A stretch of 32,000 bases of DNA from Ferrovum sp. PN-J185 (GTDB lineage Bacteria; Pseudomonadota; Gammaproteobacteria; Burkholderiales; Ferrovaceae): positions 49,764 to 81,763 of the forward strand of contig NZ_LQZA01000004.1 in NCBI RefSeq assembly GCF_001581925.1. The letters run 5' to 3'. Of this stretch, positions 20,009 through 27,500 are shown piece after piece (position 1 is the stretch's first letter; each line of letters begins with the position of its first letter). A program made the position numbers and the translations under genes. Under the pieces are notes generated by a model. The model ran no database searches and was not told the origin of the DNA. It worked only from the letters and a program-made list of their open reading frames with translations.

Positions 20009-20103
20009 TAATCACGGGAAGACCCCGTATTGAAAGAATCTCATTTATTACTGTTTGTAAAAATTACCATATATATAAATCACTATTCTGGTAATATTTA
20101 AAT

Positions 20104-20973
20104 ATGGCAAATCGACAAAAATTACCTCGTTTTAAGGATCAAGGCAGTAGTTGGGAGAGCGCCGGCTTATACGCAGCTATTGATTGGCGCTATGACGCCT
20201 TGGTTGATTACTTAAAACTTAGTCCCAGCTACAAGCTGGTGTCTGAATGGACTAAAAGGGGGCAAAAAACCCTGCCCACCAATTCGCCTCGGGATTGGAG
20301 CAAGCTCACTAAGACTTATGAGGATTTTGGGGATGTTTGGCGCATACCGGAGAGTCGTTGGTGGGATAGTCGCGGACGAGAACTCTTTGGCATTAAAGCA
20401 GCAAAGACACAAAGCTTTACCGTGGGCAAATCTGACGATAAGAATCTTATGAGTGGCAATATTATTTCTAACTCACAAAAGCTCTGGGAGGATATGGCTC
20501 AGCCAGAATGTCTCATCGTTGCTATTCCCACTAATCAAACCAAACAGATGGTACTAAGGCAAATTAATGCAATCATAAGAAGTAATACTTTTATTACGTC
20601 AAAACCCAAGCTTGTAAAACCGAAATACGAGCTGGTACGATCAAAACTGCGTGAACCCACCATTAAGCTAGGCACCATTGCATTAAAGATGTATCAAGTA
20701 GGCAAACCACTTTGGGCCATAGGAAATGAGCTAGGTTTATCGCCAGCTCATGCAATTCAAATTGATAAAAATGGTAAACCTATTTCTAATGAGCTTAATT
20801 TGCCAGAAAAAAAGATGCGCTTACAAGTACTCGCTAGCAAATTAATTGCAAAAGCAGAACTTATTGCTGAAAATGCTGCTCGCGGACGCTTTCCCACAGA
20901 TGCCCCTTGTACATTTGCTATCAAGTTTGAATCAAAGACCCGTAAAGTAGGCAGACCCAGCAAAGTTAAATGA
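20104..20973 (+). CDS. Hypothetical protein, 289 aa, with a possible HTH and an AT-hook-like tail
   Basis: It is a long ORF with an HTH-like segment (KPLWAIGNELGLSPAHAIQ) and a C-terminus RKVGRPSKVK. It is convergent with the recombinase gene, overlapping it by 8 nt. Confidence 0.5.
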   Translation: MANRQKLPRFKDQGSSWESAGLYAAIDWRYDALVDYLKLSPSYKLVSEWTKRGQKTLPTNSPRDWSKLTKTYEDFGDVWRIPESRWWDSRGRELFGIKAAKTQSFTVGKSDDKNLMSGNIISNSQKLWEDMAQPECLIVAIPTNQTKQMVLRQINAIIRSNTFITSKPKLVKPKYELVRSKLREPTIKLGTIALKMYQVGKPLWAIGNELGLSPAHAIQIDKNGKPISNELNLPEKKMRLQVLASKLIAKAELIAENAARGRFPTDAPCTFAIKFESKTRKVGRPSKVK

Positions 20974-21604
20974 GTTCTACTGCCATGCGCTTCATATCGT
21001 CATTCACATCAATGTAAGCCTGCGTAGTACTGATATTGCGATGACCCGCTAGACTCATGAGCACCCTAACTCCGATGCCTTTACTTGCAAGGTTAGTAAT
21101 AAAGCTTCTACGCCCGCTGTGACTAGTAGCACCAGATATACCAGAAGCTTTGTAGATACTTTTAAAGTGTTGCGTCAGCGTATTGGCTGTAAAGCCTCGC
21201 TTTGGGTGCTTTTGCGTGGGGAAGAAGGCATGGTTGCGGTCTTTATTGGTGATCTCATTGGCAAACGCTTGTAGCTCTGCTTTTAAGCGCTCATTGAGAA
21301 AGACTGTCCTTGGGTGGCGTCCCTTGGTTTGCTCCGGCAATAAGCGGATCTCACTTTTCACCTGGTTTTCAGGGTCTAAAACATCGCATATACGTAGGGC
21401 TGCTACTTCCCCTACTCTGAGCCCACCCCAATGGGTTAATAGCAACATAGCACGGTTACGTACGCTGTGTTTGGTGGTTTTTACATATGTCAAAACTTGG
21501 GTTAGCTCTGTACTACTAAACGATTTTGCTTGTGGCATATAGCTGTCCTTTAATTGTAATAAATACGCAGCTACAGTATGTTTTCTGATGTTTGGTTTGG
21601 ACAA
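20966..21604 (-). CDS. Short tyrosine recombinase (phage-integrase catalytic fold, FimB/FimE-like size)
   Basis: 212 aa with a TTG start. The catalytic residues are in the canonical order: GLRVGEVAAL (Arg), HSGRRSF (H-x-x-R), AGHRNISTTQAYIDV (His, Tyr). It lacks the long N-terminal arm-binding domain of typical island integrases. Confidence 0.8.
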   Translation of the reverse strand: MSKPNIRKHTVAAYLLQLKDSYMPQAKSFSSTELTQVLTYVKTTKHSVRNRAMLLLTHWGGLRVGEVAALRICDVLDPENQVKSEIRLLPEQTKGRHPRTVFLNERLKAELQAFANEITNKDRNHAFFPTQKHPKRGFTANTLTQHFKSIYKASGISGATSHSGRRSFITNLASKGIGVRVLMSLAGHRNISTTQAYIDVNDDMKRMAVELI

Positions 21605-21607
21605 CCG

Positions 21608-21760
21608 ACTATGGCTTAAATGCCACAGAAAAAAGGGCTTTCGATTTCAATGACTTACAAGATAACTACACTTTTGCATGAAAAAGTGTAGTTTTTTATT
21701 TAGCTACTTTTTACTGGAAAACTATGGCGCAAATGACAAAAGATATGGCTCAAATGCCAT
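21608..21760. repeat. Three direct copies of an approximately 18-20 bp partially palindromic site next to the recombinase start
   Basis: The copies are ACTATGGCTTAAATGCCACA (21608-21627), ACTATGGCGCAAATGACAA (21721-21739) and ATATGGCTCAAATGCCAT (21743-21760). The third is ATGGC-N6-GCCAT. Confidence 0.55.
21665..21698 (+). terminator. Strong plus-strand rho-independent terminator in the recombinase upstream region
   Basis: A 12-bp perfect stem, actacacttttt (21665-21676) with aaaaagtgtagt (21682-21693), has a 5-nt loop. The run t93-t98 gives T6 (t93 closes the stem), then a and more T. The T-run exists only on the plus strand. Confidence 0.65.
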
Positions 21761-21770
21761 GATCTTTGCG

Positions 21771-22445
21771 TTAGCGGAACAAAGCTTCTGAATCCTTACT
21801 AATCTGCCAGTCACCCTGGGAATCTCGCTCTACAAGATATATTTCCTGAGAATCGAAATTTGAGCACTGAAATTCACAATCGCAAGTAAGGCCGTTATAA
21901 GAAATTGATTGGACATCTTTCTCGAGATCATCAGCCAAGCCCAACTGCCAAGTGGCGCCTGAATAATCTGATGATGTATCTAGGTCTTTTAATTCCAGTC
22001 TAAGATTTTTGATGTCTATAGGAGCATCCGTTTCAAAGCCAGCATTTAAAGTTGCTAGGCTATATCTATCAACGACCACTAATGCATATTGATCTGAAGC
22101 TATTTCACCATCCAGCTCATTTATAGTCTCATCGCTGTAAAACAAGATGTTTCCCATTGAGTCTTCAAGAGAGGCATCTTCATCATCCACATTTCTAACT
22201 TCGGCCATCTCAAAAGTTTTGCCATCAATTTCGATAGAAATTTCACGAGGACCATCAAATACATCTATGCCCCAACAGATTAATTCACCATCAATTCCTT
22301 TTAGATTGAGAATCTCATGGTATTTTTTGGGAGTATTAGATTTTGAATTGGCCTTCAAGGCCTGCAAAGTGGTCTTATCAATGCAATAAAGATTGATCTG
22401 CACTCCAGGACCTGAGATCTTCATCTCTAAGTTATGTTTAGACAT
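21771..22445 (-). CDS. Strongly acidic hypothetical protein, 224 aa
   Basis: A long ORF. By my count it has 45 Asp+Glu against 19 Lys+Arg. I see no TM segment and recognise no motif. Confidence 0.55.
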   Translation of the reverse strand: MSKHNLEMKISGPGVQINLYCIDKTTLQALKANSKSNTPKKYHEILNLKGIDGELICWGIDVFDGPREISIEIDGKTFEMAEVRNVDDEDASLEDSMGNILFYSDETINELDGEIASDQYALVVVDRYSLATLNAGFETDAPIDIKNLRLELKDLDTSSDYSGATWQLGLADDLEKDVQSISYNGLTCDCEFQCSNFDSQEIYLVERDSQGDWQISKDSEALFR

Positions 22446-22485
22446 AATTCACATTTTCAATTGAGTTAAGCCATTCTACATAATA

Positions 22486-22751
22486 AGGCGAATGGCTTCG
22501 CCTGTGATTTCGCTTATCGCTCATCACATTTTTCATATCTTTGATGATTTTCGCTAGATTCAACCTACACTGAGCCTTAAGCAACAGGCTCAGTAATAGG
22601 AAAGGACTTTCGCTGAGTTCTTTGCTACACCACTTATGGGCACAACCAATTTGGGAAGGGCGGTTTCGCTGTCTCCTTTTATGTGCGGCTTGAAACGCAA
22701 TATATACAAAAGCAATAAGTGGCTACCTTTGCACTAAATCGCAAGTTCGCT
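22486..22751. promoter_or_regulatory. Iteron-like array of TTTCGCT motifs plus a TTCGCC palindrome in a divergent intergenic region
   Basis: TTTCGCT occurs exactly at 22508, 22549, 22608 and 22664, and GTTCGCT at 22745. The palindrome AGGCGAA-tggc-TTCGCCT lies at 22486-22503. All are in the same orientation, with spacings of 41, 59, 56 and 81 bp. Confidence 0.5.
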
Positions 22752-23138
22752 GTGTAAGCTTCTTGCTCGTGATCCATAAAACTAGGTTTTATGATCTTTG
22801 TGCTAATTTATATACTTGATTCATATTAGTCAGCAAGGCTAATGGCGTCCTGTAAAGGATAGTGAATTAAGTCTCTGCTACCGCCCAGAATTTCCGTCTC
22901 CGTGATCAACAATGTCCAGTTTTCGGGTGACATAACGACTAGGTGTCACAGCCCTTGTTTCGGTAGTAATAAGTAATGGCATACAAAACGTTCTTTTGTT
23001 TTGTCGTCATAGTTATTTAGCAAACCACACAAATTCCTGCTTAATTCTGGATTCTTTTGGTTGCCTATTTTCAGGTTGCTCAACCCCTATTTCTGATCAT
23101 ATTGTTATATGTGCCCATTCACTATTAAGGAGCCATAC

Positions 23139-23576
23139 ATGAGCACACTAGAAACACTGAAATTCGTCAGCGTTACTAAACCCACTAAATTACCCGCTGT
23201 TGTCCAGAGACGTAATAAGCTATCCGATAAGCTGTGGGAACAGATCCAATTAGCTGAAGCTAAAAGCGCTGGCACAAGCTATGCCCCATTAAAAACCAAA
23301 CGATTAAAAGATATTGAAGGCAATATCAAAATCTTAGAAGTGCCAAAACGTATCAAGCCTTGGTGGTTTACTGCCCAAAATGGCAAGTCCTGCCTTGTTG
23401 TCAGGTACGGATCCAAAACGCTAGAAATATCACAAGGTAAATCGACTATTGAGCTAGATAAGCCCGATGAGCTTATACATATATTAGAGATGATTAAAAC
23501 GGCTGTAGAAGCTGGCGAGCTAGATGCACAAATAGAGCGGGCAGCTGGACTGCTTAAAGAAGGGTTTGCCAAATGA
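23139..23576 (+). CDS. Hypothetical protein, 145 aa
   Basis: An AAGGAG Shine-Dalgarno sits 7 nt before the ATG at 23139, so I prefer that start to the track start at 23109. I recognise no family. Confidence 0.55.
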   Translation: MSTLETLKFVSVTKPTKLPAVVQRRNKLSDKLWEQIQLAEAKSAGTSYAPLKTKRLKDIEGNIKILEVPKRIKPWWFTAQNGKSCLVVRYGSKTLEISQGKSTIELDKPDELIHILEMIKTAVEAGELDAQIERAAGLLKEGFAK

Positions 23577-23722
23577 AGAAATACTTATTATGGGTACGTA
23601 TTAACCAAACCCAAACAGCCCATACGGTTGTGTATGCAGAAGGTCAATATCAAGCCAAGCAATTGGGTGAGATGCAGTACGGTATAGGAAATGTACTTAA
23701 TTACACAGAAATTCATGAATAA
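23573..23722 (+). CDS. Small hypothetical protein, 49 aa (below the ORF-track cutoff)
   Basis: An ATGA start/stop overlap with the preceding gene suggests translational coupling. My translation is MKKYLLWVRINQTQTAHTVVYAEGQYQAKQLGEMQYGIGNVLNYTEIHE*. Confidence 0.45.
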   Translation: MKKYLLWVRINQTQTAHTVVYAEGQYQAKQLGEMQYGIGNVLNYTEIHE

Positions 23723-23745
23723 TAAGCATTAGGTTAAATACAGTA

Positions 23746-23928
23746 ATGCGCTTCTATGAATTTGGCATTAAATCCATTAAACCCTTATCAGCCCTAACTC
23801 CTGAAAAAGCACGCCTTGCCCACCTCAAGCAATCGAGCGAACGAGCCAAAAAACTTTATAAGGCTGAACGAGAGCGGCAAAATCTTATTAAATCCCAGCG
23901 TAAGATTTTTAATCTTTCGAGACCTTGA
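23746..23928 (+). CDS. Small basic hypothetical protein, 60 aa
   Basis: An ORF on the same strand, 24 nt after the 49-aa ORF. It is Lys/Arg-rich (KQSSERAKKLYKAERERQNLIKSQRK). Confidence 0.4.
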   Translation: MRFYEFGIKSIKPLSALTPEKARLAHLKQSSERAKKLYKAERERQNLIKSQRKIFNLSRP

Positions 23929-24084
23929 TTCATTTCGAGTGAAATCAGGCTGGTTTTTGGCGGTTCTAATTGCAAAATAGCACTGAGCTGCTATGGGGTT
24001 GAACAAGTATGCGAGACTGGTTTCAGATGACTCTGCCACCGTTACTTAAAGTAACGCCTAAATGCCACGATTTCAGGATAGGTG

Positions 24085-24501
24085 CTACCAACTAATTCCA
24101 TCATCCTGAAATGGCTCAGGAATTATTAAATCCGCCATTACTGTCCCTGCAGTTATAGCTTTGGGTACATGCAAATCATTTAAATCATAAAATGCATTTA
24201 GTAACCTAAAGCAATCAATAACCGAATGACGAGTTGATATAGACTCAATTTCTAGATTACTTATATTTGAGGTGCCTGAATATATTTCAGAGTGAATGCC
24301 ATATATCCACTTGTCTACGAGTGCAGCATTGCTGCCTGCCAGCATTGCAAGTGTCCTGATAGAAAAAAAATTGCTAGCACCCTTTAAAATTTCTGCAGCA
24401 AGATAGTCATTACCCTCAAGTAAAGCTTCTTCACTGGCTTTAGCTGCCCATGCAAGTACTTTTTGATCGTCCCTTTTATCCCAATTCCAACTTCTACTCA
24501 T
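24085..24501 (-). CDS. Hypothetical protein, 138 aa, translationally coupled to the 3' end of zorD
   Basis: Its ATG overlaps the zorD stop by 4 nt (24498-24501). It is the last gene of the operon. I recognise no motif. Confidence 0.6.
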   Translation of the reverse strand: MSRSWNWDKRDDQKVLAWAAKASEEALLEGNDYLAAEILKGASNFFSIRTLAMLAGSNAALVDKWIYGIHSEIYSGTSNISNLEIESISTRHSVIDCFRLLNAFYDLNDLHVPKAITAGTVMADLIIPEPFQDDGISW

Positions 24502-27500
24502 ACATTGGCCGAAAATTTAGATGTGTTCATATAAAACTTAAAAATTTCCTCATCTAAAGCAAGCTGCTTAAGCTTTACTTTGTTCAACAATTCAATCAAC
24601 TCAGCCCTTCCAATCAGCTTTACCCCTAAAGTATTAGCTTGTTGAATAGCTGTAGAGTTGAATTTTTGATTGGTGATTGCAACCTTTTGAAACATTACGC
24701 CCGGATGTCGTGCTTGATAAGCCGGACTACCAGCAGCAACCTCTTTAACCGCATCCCAACCCAGCTCATCTTGCATACTATATTTGCACTGACAAATCAT
24801 TCCTTTGCCATCATTACCAATAACAACGATATCGATGCCACCGTCGCCTCTTTGCTTCTGGGTAATGTAGGCTTTATTTGGATAAGCGCCAAATAAAAGC
24901 TGACAAAATACTTCAAACGTAGCTCCATCCAAAGTATCCACACGGCTTATATCAACTAACTTATCCGCGTCAACTTGAATACCGCCAGGTCCACTATCAG
25001 GCATCAATGTTCCGGTTGGGATATCAGAGCCCACTCCATCTAACATATCTCCAGCAAGATCCATCTTTAAAGTCATCAATCGATCTAACTTGGCGTCAAA
25101 GGTCACAAAGTCTTCAGCTGTAATAGTTGGGCAATAAACATATACATCCTTGGTCTGCCCAATGCGATATGCCCTATCTGTTGCTTGACCCTCTTTAGCC
25201 GGATTCCACGTTCTCGTGAAATGAATAACATGATTAGCTGAAACTATGTTTACTCCAAAGCCAACGGCTAATGGCGAGAGAATGATTACGCCAAAACCTT
25301 CGCGTGATTGGAACGCATCAATTAAATCCTGTCGATCATCAATATCTCCATTAATAATCTGCGCGGAAAAATCAAAGCGCTTACGAATAAACATAACCAA
25401 TGATCTTTGAATTTCCTTAATATCTGTGAATATGATTACTTTTTCTTGCTTTTGCGCGATTAATTCCAGGGTACTCAATAGCCACTTTAGTTTTGGGGCA
25501 TTGTTTAAATGGGCGTCTATTCCGTTTACATCAATAGTAAACGTTGTCTTTGGCAGACAATATGGCTCAGAACACAAGGCTCTTACAAAATGTAAAACTG
25601 CAAAAGAAACATTCGACCTTCTTTTTGCATCCTTTTCTTGGGCTGCTGCAGCGATTTGTCGTAATCCCTGCGCATATAAATTTCTCTGATGATTTGAAAT
25701 AGGCACAGATAACCTTTTTCTAAGGGCTCCATCAAACTCATATTCATCATTTGAAACCAGTATCTTCTGAGGCAACTCATCAGCAATATCGCTCTTCATC
25801 CTTCTTAATATCTGAGGGCTAACTATTGCACGCAGATGTTCAATTACTTCTGCTGCCTTTTCATCACCAGCTTCCTTCGCTTCAATGGGCTTTCTATATG
25901 TTCTACCAAATTCGTCTAATGCCCCGAGCAAACCGGGCTGTATAAAGTCAAACAAGCACCACAAATCTGCCAAACTATTTTCTACAGGCGTTCCTGTACA
26001 TGCAATTCTAAATTTAGCTTTCTGCTTCTTAGCTGCTGTTGTAGATTGCGCATTAGGTGTTTTAATTTTTTGAGCTTCATCACAAATCATGAAGGTAAAT
26101 TCTTGTCTGGCTAAACTAAATTCATAATCTCGAACAGTTTCATATGTGGTCAAAACTACCTTAGCAGAACCCAACCAATTTGGTGTTAATAAATTAACGA
26201 TTTTTTTATCTAATAATGACTGGTCAATAAATTGCTTAGGCTGTCTTCTAGCGCTCAATCCTTCAGCATGGAGCAATAAAATCTCTGGAAAATTATTAAA
26301 AAAGTTCCTAGCTTCATTCTTCCAGTTTTGCATTAATACCGGGGGAGCAACAATTAATGATGGTGGCGCCTCAGGATTGCGTTCATAAAACCAAGAAAGC
26401 AATGATAGAAGTTGTAATGTCTTCCCAAGACCCATGTCGTCAGCCAACAATGCACCTCGACAATATTCTGGAGCCTTTGAATACAAGTACTGCATCCAAG
26501 CTAATCCATCTAACTGATGTTTTTTTAACTTAATTTCACTCTTCAGATCAGTAGGCAATTGAGGCGAAAAGCCTTCGGGCACCTTAAGTATTGCCGCACG
26601 CATTTCCTCTGCCGCAGTTTCGCTATAGTCAAGCTGTGTAATATTGACTTTCACCAAGAGTGTTTCTTTGCGCCCCTTTCCGGGCGGGTTTGGACTTGGC
26701 GGAGTTGGGCCAGGTGGTGTCGGCCCTGGAGGAGTTGGGCCAGGTGGTGTCGGCCCTGGAGGAGTTGGGCCAGGTGGTGTCGGCCCTGGAGGAGTTGGCC
26801 CCGGAGGAGTTGGGTCAGGTGGCAGAGGGTCACCCCCTGAACCAATAATTCCAAGTAAAACCTTTAGATCTTTTACCAAATCAATAGCTTCAGGTATTGA
26901 AAGAGGAATTGGTAATCGGGGATCGGCAACTTTGTCGACACCTGCTGCCTTTGCCTGCTCAATCTTGGCCTCAAATTCCGTTACCCATATTTCATCAACA
27001 GCTATAAAAACAGGCGCTGAGCCTGGAGTTAATGAAACACCGAGAAGCGGTGGCGCCCAAGAGGAGTCATCTCCACCCTCTTTTTTTATGTAAGCTGAGT
27101 AGATGGGTTTTGCAACTCCAATACCATCAATTCGCCCACCATAATTATCGAGAGCATAAATGTCGTTAAAGTCTATGAAATTTTTTACCTGATCTTTCCA
27201 AACATTGAACCAAGCCTTAGCACTATCCAATGTCTGATAAAGATCACCATCAACATCAATTACAAAATTACGCCAAGTAAAAAATTGACGCTCTTCCGAG
27301 AGAGCCGATTCAATTTCTTGTATTAACAAGTTAAGCTCATGGGCAGTTGAAATAATTGATCTATCGGCCTTCGCCATTCCATCTTCAAGATTTTGATAAA
27401 CGCTTGCTGTTACGCTTTCAATGGCACCCTTTGAAATATCTGGAAATAGTGATATTCGAGTAGAAAAGATTCCAGCCTCTTCTTTGGCTTCTTGTATCTG

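Noticed and set aside
22843-23060. Short ORFs of 22 codons or fewer, on both strands, in the long intergenic region
   Set aside because: They are too short, have no Shine-Dalgarno, and show no coding-like composition. I treat the region as non-coding.
24059-24068. A fourth copy of the recombinase-site core, TAAATGCCAC, identical to 21617-21626 and in direct orientation. It could bracket a 2.4-kb excisable segment.
   Set aside because: It is only a 10-bp match. In a 32-kb AT-rich window, unrelated 10-mer matches are expected by chance, and the flanking ACTATGGC half is missing. It is worth a look only if structural variants are found.
24070-24112. 10-bp perfect inverted repeat spanning the stop codon of the 138-aa ORF, considered as an independent regulatory element or recombination site
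   Set aside because: It is most simply an operon-end hairpin. No T-run follows and no second copy exists elsewhere, so I mention it only under the orf138 finding.
26686-26835. Possible CRISPR array, suggested by regular 30-bp repeats
   Set aside because: The units are directly tandem with no spacers. They lie in frame inside a coding sequence, and there are no cas genes in the window.
26559-27093. Four track ORFs on both strands (26559-26840, 26644-27093, 26651-26854, 26660-26848) with repetitive Gly/Trp/Arg or Leu/Gln-rich translations
   Set aside because: They are alternative-frame readings of the GC-rich 30-bp tandem repeat inside zorD. The zorD frame is continuous for 1331 codons with clear helicase motifs on either side.
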